Part shown: in pieces, positions 9,497 through 18,067 of the stretch
How positions within the stretch are numbered: position 1 is the first letter of the stretch
Layout: every line of letters starts with the position of its first letter
Assembly (NCBI GenBank): GCA_043810925.1
Contig: JBDRNT010000094.1
Span: 4,805 to 68,804 of the forward strand
Direction: 5' to 3'
DNA: 64,000 nt
Source of the DNA: Candidatus Eiseniibacteriota bacterium
GTDB lineage: Bacteria; Arandabacterota; Arandabacteria; Arandabacterales; Arandabacteraceae
The notes under the pieces: model-generated
Databases searched by the model: none
What the model was told of the DNA's origin: nothing
What the model saw: only the letters and a program-made list of their open reading frames with translations
Made by a program: the position numbers and the translations under genes

Positions 9497-10033
9497 ATGG
9501 CACGACGAAGAACACGACCCTCGCAGATAAAGATCTTCTGCGGTCTGATAGGCTGTGAGGAGTCTTTCGCGCAGGCAGCCGACCTGCTTACCGCTCACTT
9601 CGGCGACATCGATTGCGAGAGCCCGGTCCTGCCTTTTGACTTTACCCAGTACTACAGGGACGAGATGGGGGATGGACTGCTCCGCAAGTGGATCGCCTTC
9701 AGGGAGTTGCGCGAACGGGCGTTTCTCTCACGGGCCAAGCATCTGGCGATCCGGACCGAGCAGGATCTGGCTCAGGGTGAGATGAGGACAGTCAACATCG
9801 ACCCCGGTTACGTTGATGACGCACAGGTGGTTCTGGCAACTGCCAAGAACTTCTCTCACCGCATCTATGTGGGCATGGGGTATTATGCCGAGGTCACGCT
9901 CATATACAGAGATAAGGATTTCAGACCGGTAGAGTGGACGTATCCCGATTACAAGAGCCCCGAGGGGCTTGGGTTTTTCAGGAAGGTCAGGAAAGCCTAC
10001 CACACACAGGTGAGGTCGGACAGTGACTCCTGA
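9497..10033 (+). CDS. DUF4416-family protein.
   Basis: GGAG RBS, then an ATG just after the radical SAM stop. KIFCGLIG ... ID(C/Y)ES ... FDFTQYY..EMG..LLRKW..FREL matches my recollection of the DUF4416 signature. Confidence 0.55.
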   Translation: MARRRTRPSQIKIFCGLIGCEESFAQAADLLTAHFGDIDCESPVLPFDFTQYYRDEMGDGLLRKWIAFRELRERAFLSRAKHLAIRTEQDLAQGEMRTVNIDPGYVDDAQVVLATAKNFSHRIYVGMGYYAEVTLIYRDKDFRPVEWTYPDYKSPEGLGFFRKVRKAYHTQVRSDSDS

Positions 10034-10877
10034 GCGACGGGCACCGATTGTAGTTGCGTTTGCGATCGTGGTGGTCTCATTTGCGGCGATCCTGATAAGA
10101 CTGTGTAACGTACCCACGGCTGTGATAGCCGCCTTCAGACTCGCCTTCTCATCACTCATCCTGCTGCCTCTCTTTGCCGGGAAGCGCCGGGGCCTTGTGG
10201 TTACGAAAAAACAGGTGGGACTCTGTGCGCTTTCGGGCGTCTTTCTCTCGCTTCACTTCCTGCTGTGGATCGAATCGCTCCAAATCACGACGGTGGCGAG
10301 CTCCGTGGTGCTTGTGACGACAAGCCCCATCTTCGCGGCCATCTTCGCCTGGGTTGTGCTCAGGGAGGGGATAAGCCGGAGGACGCTCGTCGCGACGGTG
10401 CTGTGTTTTCTCGGAAGTCTGAGCATTGGTCGGGGAGATATCCATCTTGGTCCGGGGATGCTCAAGGGTGACCTCTTTGCCCTCGGTGGGGCGGCGGCAT
10501 TCGGGGCATGCTTCGTGATCGGTAGATCGCTCAGAAGAAGCCTCGGTTATATCGAGTATGCGTTCATGACCTACACGGCATCTGCCGTGTTGCTGCTTGC
10601 CTGGATGATGTTGCGGGGGCATGGGTTCACGGGATTCGAACCCGTGAACTACCTCTGGTTTGCGCTTCTCGCACTCGGTCCACAGGTTTTCGGTCATACG
10701 TCGCTTAACTGGGCACTCAAGTATATCCCCGCGCCGAAGGTCGCCATCTCCATCCTTGGTGAGCCCGTGGGCTCCGCACTTCTTGCGTGGCTCTTCTTTG
10801 CTGAAGTCCCGGGCTACGCGCTGTTCATCGGCGGCGCCCTTATCCTCTACGGCGTCTACCTCGCCATGACCGACTAA
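10023..10877 (+). CDS. EamA/DMT-superfamily transporter.
   Basis: 284 aa with 10 TM helices in two EamA-like halves. Overlaps the previous gene by 11 nt. Confidence 0.8.
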   Translation: MTPERRAPIVVAFAIVVVSFAAILIRLCNVPTAVIAAFRLAFSSLILLPLFAGKRRGLVVTKKQVGLCALSGVFLSLHFLLWIESLQITTVASSVVLVTTSPIFAAIFAWVVLREGISRRTLVATVLCFLGSLSIGRGDIHLGPGMLKGDLFALGGAAAFGACFVIGRSLRRSLGYIEYAFMTYTASAVLLLAWMMLRGHGFTGFEPVNYLWFALLALGPQVFGHTSLNWALKYIPAPKVAISILGEPVGSALLAWLFFAEVPGYALFIGGALILYGVYLAMTD

Positions 10878-10884
10878 CCCACAA

Positions 10885-10993
10885 CCCTTGGGGTCAGAGC
10901 TAAAAAGGTGATAAACCCTTGGGGTCAGAGCTAAAAAGGTGCAGATGTGAGCTCTGACCCCAAGGGTTTATCACCTTTTTAGCTCTGACCCCA
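10885..10993. repeat. Large perfect palindrome (roughly 43-bp stem) made from direct and inverted copies of the unit CCCTTGGGGTCAGAGCTAAAAAGGTG.
   Basis: The unit occurs at 10885-10910 and 10916-10941. Its reverse complement is at 10951-10993. The element lies immediately after the EamA stop. Confidence 0.75.
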
Positions 10994-11081
10994 TGTGGAG
11001 GGGGGAATGTGGTTGAAACAGGCGGAGATTCGGTGTATAATGGGACGCGTTGGAATGTGTTCAGCCACAGGAGGTGTCAAT

Positions 11082-12497
11082 ATGAAGCGAGTGCTACTGA
11101 TTGGTTTGGTCTGTTGTATGTTCCCCGTGGCAGCATACGCGACCCCCTATGTCACGCCCGAAGAACTCATGAGTATGGAGTCGCATGAAGATGTTTTCAC
11201 CCTCAGGGCGGGTGTCCCGGGTCCACGCCCGTTTGACTACGAGTACGATCCGCTCGCCAGGCTTCTACTGGGGGCCGACTTCATCGTGACCATGCAGGTC
11301 AGTGACACTCTGCTCATGACCTATGGCGGGATAAGGGAAGGCGAGCACATGCTGGAGGTGATCCAGACCGACAACACGAGCGAGTCGATATGGATCTGGT
11401 CCCGCTGTTACAGCAGAAGCGGTCTGGATGCCTACCACGACAACATCGACGCCGCCTGGGAGTACTGTATGAATAACCCGGCATATGGTGAAGAGGGAGG
11501 AGACGACCGCGTGACGGGCTACTACCGTGTCTATAACTGCGGGTGGGCCCTGCGTGCGGAGATGGAATACCGGCGGGTATACGGCGATGCGACCTACTCG
11601 GCTTACGCCGATTCGTGCGCTTCTTATCTGTGTCATCATCCGATGTACCTCTTTTTCCCCGTGGGTGCGCCTAAGAGGCTCAACGGAATGATAATGGGTT
11701 GGGCGGTAGGGAACCTCTATGACTACGGTGTCGACGTCGGGAGCACGACCTACATGACCAAAGCGGTTGACTATGCGGACTCGGTCAAGGCCTGGGCTGA
11801 GACCAACCCGAACAAGTTCCACTGGCAGGAATGGGCCATGGAGGGTGGGGCTGTGATGTGGGGCGTGGTTAACTCCTATTTCAAAGACGATCCGACGGGA
11901 GTTGAAACCTGGGTCGATACGTACGCACCGTATCTCGATACGGAAGTCGATTCGTCACAGTACCAGAATGCCTGGCGGGGCTGGGCCGCGCTCGGTCAGA
12001 TCACGGCGGCCGAGGTTCTGGGGAGCGGAGTCTACTACGACTATTTCAAGCACCTTGCGGACACGCTCGTGCTCAATGACGGTGACCTGGACGGCGGGAT
12101 CCCCGTCACCGATCCCGAACCCGATGATCAGGACCAGTCCTGGGTTACGAACTACCTCGGCTTTATGTGTATGGACAAGCTGCTTGAGAATGCGGGTATA
12201 GCATCGCGCCAAACCCGGGACGAAGCCGCACTCGACGTATCCGCGGGGCCGATGCCATCGGGCGAGCTGCCCAGTCTGATGTTCAGGCTGGCGGAGCCCT
12301 CACGGGTATCGATCACGGTCTATGATGTGACCGGACGGAGTATCTCAAGCAGGGATGCCGGAATCCTCAGTCAGGGATTCCACTCAATAGCCTTAAACGA
12401 GGGACTTGCCGGCGGTGAGGTCTCTCCGGGGATCTACTTCTATACACTGCGCTACGGGACAGGACTTGCCAGCGGTAAGGTTGTTGTGCTAAAGTAG
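11082..12497 (+). CDS. Secreted protein with a C-terminal T9SS sorting domain. The N-terminal domain is unassigned and may be a glycosidase-like fold.
   Basis: GGAGGTG RBS. Signal peptide MKRVLLIGLVCCMFPVAAYA. C-terminus ...ITVYDVTGR...GIYFYTLRYG...GKVVVLK matches the T9SS CTD pattern. Confidence 0.7.
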   Translation: MKRVLLIGLVCCMFPVAAYATPYVTPEELMSMESHEDVFTLRAGVPGPRPFDYEYDPLARLLLGADFIVTMQVSDTLLMTYGGIREGEHMLEVIQTDNTSESIWIWSRCYSRSGLDAYHDNIDAAWEYCMNNPAYGEEGGDDRVTGYYRVYNCGWALRAEMEYRRVYGDATYSAYADSCASYLCHHPMYLFFPVGAPKRLNGMIMGWAVGNLYDYGVDVGSTTYMTKAVDYADSVKAWAETNPNKFHWQEWAMEGGAVMWGVVNSYFKDDPTGVETWVDTYAPYLDTEVDSSQYQNAWRGWAALGQITAAEVLGSGVYYDYFKHLADTLVLNDGDLDGGIPVTDPEPDDQDQSWVTNYLGFMCMDKLLENAGIASRQTRDEAALDVSAGPMPSGELPSLMFRLAEPSRVSITVYDVTGRSISSRDAGILSQGFHSIALNEGLAGGEVSPGIYFYTLRYGTGLASGKVVVLK

Positions 12498-12716
12498 ACC
12501 CTGCACCGGGCGCAGGATGTGATACATGCGGTGTGACTCTGCGGTTCCCGGTATGGAAGCCGAATTGAGTGGAGCCAGCTGACTTGGTAGACGCATTAGT
12601 GGTCTTTACAGGTGGCCCGACCCTGTCACAATCTGAAATCTTCCATGTGGTTCCCCCTATTTCGGAGGTGATGCTCCATAGAGCATAAGAGCGGAGGGGC
12701 CCTTCTTGTCGTAGAC

Positions 12717-13205
12717 ATGCTGAACGACTTCGTGTTGCCCGGGGCCCCGCTCGAAGTCCCGCTTGCCCGGGACATCATCCCGGTTGTCCGCACGAGAATC
12801 GAAAGGGCCAGGCAAGAGGGAATCCCGGTGATCTACCTGTGTGATGCGCACGCGGAGGATGACAGGGAATTCAAGATCTGGCCGAGACACGCCGTTGGCG
12901 GGACGGAGGGAAGCAGGGTGATCAGAGAGCTCGCTCCGGGCCGGGGTGACATAGTGCTTGCCAAAACCACGTATTCAGCTTTTTATAAGACACAGCTTGA
13001 GGATACTCTTAAGCGAATGAAGATAGAGAGGCTGACAATAGTCGGCATTGTTACCAATATATGCATCTTCTTCACCGCCGCAGATGCCGTGATGCGAGGA
13101 TACGATGTGGAGGTCCCGCGGGACGGTGTCGCGGCCCTGAGTCCGGACGAAAACGAGTTCGCACTCGACCAGATGGCCGATGTTCTCAAGGTGAGGCTCA
13201 CATGA
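12717..13205 (+). CDS. pncA: Nicotinamidase / isochorismatase-family hydrolase (PncA-like). Annotated start is probably too short.
   Basis: The cysteine-hydrolase core (LCDAHAED, VTNICI) is present. It is coupled to pncB by an ATGA overlap. The conserved N-terminal ALLVVDM lies upstream of the first ATG. Confidence 0.7.
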   Translation: MLNDFVLPGAPLEVPLARDIIPVVRTRIERARQEGIPVIYLCDAHAEDDREFKIWPRHAVGGTEGSRVIRELAPGRGDIVLAKTTYSAFYKTQLEDTLKRMKIERLTIVGIVTNICIFFTAADAVMRGYDVEVPRDGVAALSPDENEFALDQMADVLKVRLT

Positions 13206-14380
13206 AAAAACGGTCTTTTCACATCGCAAGCGAGCGGGACATACGGCTCGGGCGTACGACAGACGTCTATTTCGACAGGACGGTCGAGATACTCAAGCGC
13301 TCGAAATCCTCCAGCCGGGTCAAGGCGGAGTTTACTGCGAAGAGCCTGCCTCCCGACTACGCGTGGGCTATCATGGCCGGTCTCGAGGAATGCCTGAGCC
13401 TCCTCGAAGGGCTCGATATCGATCTCAGGGCGGTCGATGAGGGTACCGTCATAAGGCCCGACGAACCTGTGATGACGATAGAAGGCAACTACATCGATTT
13501 CGGAGCTCTCGAGACCCCGCTCCTCGGTTTTCTGTGCCAGGCTTCGGGTGTTGCCACGAAGGCGGCACGGCTGAGGATCGCAGCGGGTGAGCATACGCTC
13601 ATAAGTTTCGGCGCCAGGCGTATGCATCCGGCCGTGTCACCTATGATCGAACGGAATGCTTTTGTCGGCGGATGTGACGGCGTCGCAACCGTCAAGGCGG
13701 GTGAGATGCTGGGGATCGAACCGTCGGGTACGATGCCCCATGCGCTGGTCATACTGAGTGGCGGGATCGATGAAGCCCTGGCCGGGTTCGACAAGTACAT
13801 GCCCAAAGACATCAAGCGTATCGCTCTCGTCGACACTTTCGGGGATGAGAAGTTCGAAGCACTGGCGGCATGCGATACGCTCGGGCGTGGGCTCTACGGT
13901 GTCAGGCTGGATACGCCACGCTCGAGACGGGGTGACATGTACGAAATCGTCAGGGAACTGAGGTGGGAGCTCGATCTTCGGGGCTACTCCCATGTCAGGA
14001 TTCTCGTGAGCGGTGGATTGGACGAAGCAGAGATCGAGGATCTCGGTGAGGTGGTCGACGGTTTCGGTGTCGGCACTTGTTTGAGCAATGCGCGTGTGAT
14101 TGACTACGCGATGGACATAGTTGAAGTTGACGGTGAGTCCCGTGCCAAGAGAGGCAAGATGAGCGGTGAGAAAAAGCTCCTGAGGTGCGCCGGATGTCAC
14201 AGTGATTTTGTTGTACCGGCCAGGAGCCGCGCACGCGTAAGATGCGAATGCGGGGGTAAGGTCGAGAACCTGAGCCGCGACTTTATCAAAGGCGGCCGGA
14301 TCACGAGGAGACTGCCGGCACCCAAGGACTTAAGAAAGCGCGTGCTCAAGAGCCTGAGTTGGATTGATGGGAGGATGTAG
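13202..14380 (+). CDS. pncB: Nicotinate phosphoribosyltransferase (archaeal-type, with C-terminal zinc knuckle).
   Basis: 392 aa NAPRTase family protein with a C-terminal CxxC...CxC region. ATGA overlap with pncA. Confidence 0.85.
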   Translation: MKKRSFHIASERDIRLGRTTDVYFDRTVEILKRSKSSSRVKAEFTAKSLPPDYAWAIMAGLEECLSLLEGLDIDLRAVDEGTVIRPDEPVMTIEGNYIDFGALETPLLGFLCQASGVATKAARLRIAAGEHTLISFGARRMHPAVSPMIERNAFVGGCDGVATVKAGEMLGIEPSGTMPHALVILSGGIDEALAGFDKYMPKDIKRIALVDTFGDEKFEALAACDTLGRGLYGVRLDTPRSRRGDMYEIVRELRWELDLRGYSHVRILVSGGLDEAEIEDLGEVVDGFGVGTCLSNARVIDYAMDIVEVDGESRAKRGKMSGEKKLLRCAGCHSDFVVPARSRARVRCECGGKVENLSRDFIKGGRITRRLPAPKDLRKRVLKSLSWIDGRM

Positions 14381-15396
14381 TGTCCATTCTGAGACAGGAT
14401 CTTGCGACCAGAACCTGGAGCATTATCGCCAAGGAGCGCGGCAAGCGCCCCGACGATTTCGCCAGGAAGAAAGCGGATGCAAAGCCCAAGACGTCACATG
14501 ATGAGAAATGCCCGTTTTGCCGCGGCAACGAGCATAAGACGCCCGAGGCGGTGTTCTCACTTCCCGCAACCGGAGCTGGGAATGATAAGGACTGGGCCCT
14601 TCGGGTGGTGCCGAACAAGTTTTCGGCCTTGGCTCCACCGGAGCCCGGGTCGGACCCCGGAAGGACGAAAACAGGCATCTATCTTGAGATGTGCGGTTGC
14701 GGTGCACATGAGGTAGTGATCGAGGTACCCGACCATTCCAAGACGATTGCAACCATGAGCGACGAGGAGGTTGCAAGGATCGTCCACACGTATAGAGAGA
14801 GATTTCTCGAGCTGGACCGGTCCGACTGGAACCAGTTGATCATAGTTTTCAGAAACCAGGGCGAAGAGGCGGGCACGTCGCTTGAACATCCGCATTCCCA
14901 GATAATCGGCACCCCGATAGTTCCCCAGGAGATCAGGCGCAGGCTAGAGGAGGCCCAGAGGTATTACGATGACCATGGCACATGTGTCTACTGTGACATA
15001 CTCCACCATGAGTTGGCCGAAAAGACACGGCTGGTCTGTTCCAACGCAGGGTTCGTTGCCCTTTGTCCTTTCGCGTCCACGGTACCCTATGAGATGTGGA
15101 TCCTGCCACGACGACATGCGTCATCGTTCGGGGTCCTGACCGAGGAGGGCGCTGATCTGCTCGCCAAACTGCTTAGAGAGACTCTCTTGAGATTGCACCG
15201 CCTGCTCGGCAATCCCGATTACAACTACGTTGTGCGGTCCGCCCCCCACTACTCTGCCGGCGAGCCGCACTTCCACTGGTATGTCGAGGTCCTGCCCAGA
15301 CTTTCCACGCGCGCCGGTTTTGAGATCGGCAGCGGCATGAACATAAACATAGTCGCCCCTGAAGATGCTGCCGCTCAGCTCAGGAAGGCGCTCTGA
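14380..15396 (+). CDS. GalT-family (HIT-like) nucleotidyltransferase.
   Basis: GTG start. The CPFCRGNE zinc motif and the HPHSQ active-site motif of galactose-1-phosphate uridylyltransferase family are both present. Confidence 0.75.
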   Translation: MSILRQDLATRTWSIIAKERGKRPDDFARKKADAKPKTSHDEKCPFCRGNEHKTPEAVFSLPATGAGNDKDWALRVVPNKFSALAPPEPGSDPGRTKTGIYLEMCGCGAHEVVIEVPDHSKTIATMSDEEVARIVHTYRERFLELDRSDWNQLIIVFRNQGEEAGTSLEHPHSQIIGTPIVPQEIRRRLEEAQRYYDDHGTCVYCDILHHELAEKTRLVCSNAGFVALCPFASTVPYEMWILPRRHASSFGVLTEEGADLLAKLLRETLLRLHRLLGNPDYNYVVRSAPHYSAGEPHFHWYVEVLPRLSTRAGFEIGSGMNINIVAPEDAAAQLRKAL

Positions 15397-15397
15397 G

Positions 15398-16060
15398 ATG
15401 AAACAGGGAAACCTGGAGGCGAAGCGGAGCCAGATGGTGGAGCAACAGATACTGTCACGTGGTGTCCAGGACCGGCTCGTGCTCGAAGCCATGAGAAAGG
15501 TCCCCAGGCATCTGTTTGTGCCGAGCGAACGAGTGGATTCCGCCTATGCGGACAGGCCACTTCCGATCGGGTGCGGTCAGACTATCTCGCAACCCTACAT
15601 GGTGGCGGTGATGACGGAGGCCCTGGCCCTTGAGGGACATGAGAAGGTGCTTGAAATCGGTACCGGCTCGGGTTACCAGGCCGCGATACTTGCGGAGATT
15701 ACGGATCATGTTGTATCGCTTGAGCGACAGCCCGAGCTTGCAGATGCGGCGGCGCAGACCCTGAAGGCGCTCGGCTACGTAAATGTTGAGATCATGGTCG
15801 GTGACGGCTCGAAGGGGTATCCTGAGAGGGCTCCATATGACGGTATCCTCGTCACGGCCGGAGCACCGGACATGCCGCATGTTCTCATCGAGCAGCTTAC
15901 CGATGGAGGTAGGCTGGTCATTCCGGTCGGCAACAGCTTCCAGCAGACATTGACGAGGGTGACACGAAGGGGTGATGACTACGAGACTGAGAAGTTGGAG
16001 GGATGTGTATTTGTCCCCCTGATAGGTGAATACGGATGGAAAGAGAGCGAGGTCGAGTAG
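15398..16060 (+). CDS. pcm: Protein-L-isoaspartate O-methyltransferase.
   Basis: GQTISQPYMVA ... LEIGTGSGYQAA ... ERAPYDGILVTAG are classic PCMT motifs. Confidence 0.9.
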   Translation: MKQGNLEAKRSQMVEQQILSRGVQDRLVLEAMRKVPRHLFVPSERVDSAYADRPLPIGCGQTISQPYMVAVMTEALALEGHEKVLEIGTGSGYQAAILAEITDHVVSLERQPELADAAAQTLKALGYVNVEIMVGDGSKGYPERAPYDGILVTAGAPDMPHVLIEQLTDGGRLVIPVGNSFQQTLTRVTRRGDDYETEKLEGCVFVPLIGEYGWKESEVE

Positions 16061-16082
16061 CGGCAGGAGGAGAATTCCGCAG

Positions 16083-17198
16083 ATGATAAATCGCAAGCAG
16101 ATAATCGACTTACTTCACTTCAGATCGGGCTCGCATCCCGTGCTGAGCTTCTACATGGGGATCGGTGTTTACAAGGCGCAGCGCAAGGCCTACGAGATCG
16201 AGGCGAAGGACATAATGAAGAAGGCGATAACCGAGGCCGGTATCACGGGGGAGGCCCGGAAACATGTGGAGGAGGATGTTCACAGGATCCAGAATTTTCT
16301 CACGATGGATTTCAAGGGACGGGCGAAGGGGCTTGCGATATTCGCCTCAAAGCCTGCCGGGCTCTGGCAGGTCTTCAGGCTTCCTGTGACGGTTCCGGAC
16401 AGATGCGTCGTCGACCAGATGCCTTTTGTGCTCCCTGTTCTTAAGATAGTCGACGAGGGACGACGTTACTGTGTTGTTGTTGTCGATAAGGAAAAGGCAA
16501 GATTGTTCACGGTCTATCTTGGAGAGATACTGGAGAGAACGGACATACTCGATGATGTGCCCGGGTGGCACAAGCAGGGGGGGATGGCCCAGGCGAGGTT
16601 CCAGAGGCATATTGAGGATCATGTCAACAGACACCTCAAGCACGTGGCGGATACCATGTTCCGATTCCACAAGGCCGAAGGATTCGGTCACGTGATCATA
16701 GGGGGCTCTCAGGAAGTGCGAACAAGGCTCAACCGGGTTCTTCACTCGTACCTCCAGAGCATAGTGGTCGGTCACATATCCACCGATGTGACATCCAACA
16801 TAAACGAAATCAAAGCCGCTGCAAAGAAGATCGAGCGGGAGACCGAGGAGCGAAAGGCCAGGGAGATAGCAGAAAGACTGCTTGCCCGGTCGGGCCCGGG
16901 TGATATGACGGTGACAGGGCTTAAGAACACTGTTGCCGCGCTCCAGGAGGGACGGGTTCATACGCTTGTCCTGGTAGATAACCACGAGATCGGTGGCTGC
17001 CTGTGCGCTGACTGCGGCAGTGTTGAGGTGATGGGTGCCGGGGAGTGCGTGTTTTGTGAAAAGAAACTTAGCAAGATCGGGGATGTCTCAGAACACCTTG
17101 CAGTGCTGGCCGTTGAACACGATGCAGAGGTGAATTACGTACAGCCCAAGTCCGGCCTTGAAGAGGTTGACGGTGTCGGTGCTATCTTGAGATGGTAA
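16083..17198 (+). CDS. Bacterial eRF1/Pelota-like (baeRF-type) protein with a variant GGQ loop and a C-terminal Cys4 zinc ribbon.
   Basis: AGGAGGA RBS before the ATG at 16083. WHKQGGMAQARFQRHIEDHVNRHLKHV aligns to the eRF1 M-domain [26 protein letters not shown]. The C-terminus contains CLCADCG...CVFCEKK. Confidence 0.6.
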   Translation: MINRKQIIDLLHFRSGSHPVLSFYMGIGVYKAQRKAYEIEAKDIMKKAITEAGITGEARKHVEEDVHRIQNFLTMDFKGRAKGLAIFASKPAGLWQVFRLPVTVPDRCVVDQMPFVLPVLKIVDEGRRYCVVVVDKEKARLFTVYLGEILERTDILDDVPGWHKQGGMAQARFQRHIEDHVNRHLKHVADTMFRFHKAEGFGHVIIGGSQEVRTRLNRVLHSYLQSIVVGHISTDVTSNINEIKAAAKKIERETEERKAREIAERLLARSGPGDMTVTGLKNTVAALQEGRVHTLVLVDNHEIGGCLCADCGSVEVMGAGECVFCEKKLSKIGDVSEHLAVLAVEHDAEVNYVQPKSGLEEVDGVGAILRW

Positions 17199-17256
17199 GA
17201 TTCGTGGGCGGAAAGGCCGGCGGGGATATTCGATGAGATAGGAGGGTGGAGCTAAG

Positions 17257-17946
17257 ATGGGACTCATCCACATGACAGGTATTGTCAAAGAGTATGAGAT
17301 GGGCGAAGCAATGGTCCATGCACTGCGGGGGATAGAACTTGAAGTCAAGAGTGGTGAGTTCCTGGCCATCGTCGGACCATCGGGTTCGGGCAAGTCCACA
17401 CTGATGAATCTCATCGGATGCCTTGACAGGCCTACCTCGGGCGAGTATTACCCCGACGGCCGCAAGGTTGACGATCTGAGTGACGACGAACTCGCGCGCA
17501 TCAGGAACAAGAGCATAGGTTTTGTTTTCCAGACATTCAATCTTCTTCCGAGGACGAACTGTCTTCATAACGTGGAGCTGCCGCTGCTGTACTCAAATGT
17601 CGGCAGGAAGGACAGGGAGAGGACGGCCCTTGAGATCCTTGAGCGGGTCGGGCTTAAAGACCGAGTGTATCACAATCCCAACGAGCTCTCAGGCGGAGAG
17701 AGACAGCGGGTGGCAATCGCCAGAGCGCTTGTCAACGATCCCACAATCGTTCTTGCCGACGAGCCCACCGGTAATCTCGACAGCAAGACCGGGTCTGAGA
17801 TCATGGCCATATTTACGGAGCTGAATAAAGAGGGCAAGACGATCGTGCTTGTCACACACGAGAAGTACATCGCGGACTATTCGGCAAGAGTGATCTACCT
17901 CAGGGACGGCAGGGTGGTGAAGGAGGATGCCGAAGTCCTGAGGTGA
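17257..17946 (+). CDS. ABC transporter ATP-binding protein (LolD/MacB/FtsE-like). No adjacent permease.
   Basis: Walker A GPSGSGKST, signature LSGGERQRVAIARAL and Walker B IVLADEPTGNLD. A GGAGG RBS is present. Confidence 0.85.
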   Translation: MGLIHMTGIVKEYEMGEAMVHALRGIELEVKSGEFLAIVGPSGSGKSTLMNLIGCLDRPTSGEYYPDGRKVDDLSDDELARIRNKSIGFVFQTFNLLPRTNCLHNVELPLLYSNVGRKDRERTALEILERVGLKDRVYHNPNELSGGERQRVAIARALVNDPTIVLADEPTGNLDSKTGSEIMAIFTELNKEGKTIVLVTHEKYIADYSARVIYLRDGRVVKEDAEVLR

Positions 17947-18067
17947 CATAACGCGCGGCGCCGTGTGTATCGGCTCAGGCGGCGTCAGCCTCATTCACCG
18001 GTCCTCGGCGTATCTTAAACATAAGCCTGCCCGCGATTCATTCGGCTTCCTTGCCATCTCCGACACC

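Noticed and set aside
10995-11081. Upstream start MEGGMWLKQAEIRCIMGRVG... for the T9SS cargo gene.
   Set aside because: There is no RBS and it runs through the palindromic repeat. The ATG at 11082 has a GGAGGTG RBS and begins a textbook signal peptide.
13061-13201. Upstream extension of pncB (MHLLHRRRCRD...).
   Set aside because: It overlaps pncA in another frame and is Arg-rich low-complexity. The ATGA-coupled ATG at 13202 gives a normal NAPRTase N-terminus.
14161-14380. Zinc-ribbon C-terminus of pncB as a possible novel fusion.
   Set aside because: A C-terminal zinc-knuckle domain is a known feature of archaeal-type NAPRTases and the protein length is typical.
17947-18067. Convergent intergenic region between the ABC ATPase and lysC, examined for a bidirectional terminator or ncRNA.
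   Set aside because: Only weak, imperfect GC stems are present, with no U-tracts or conserved ncRNA motifs.
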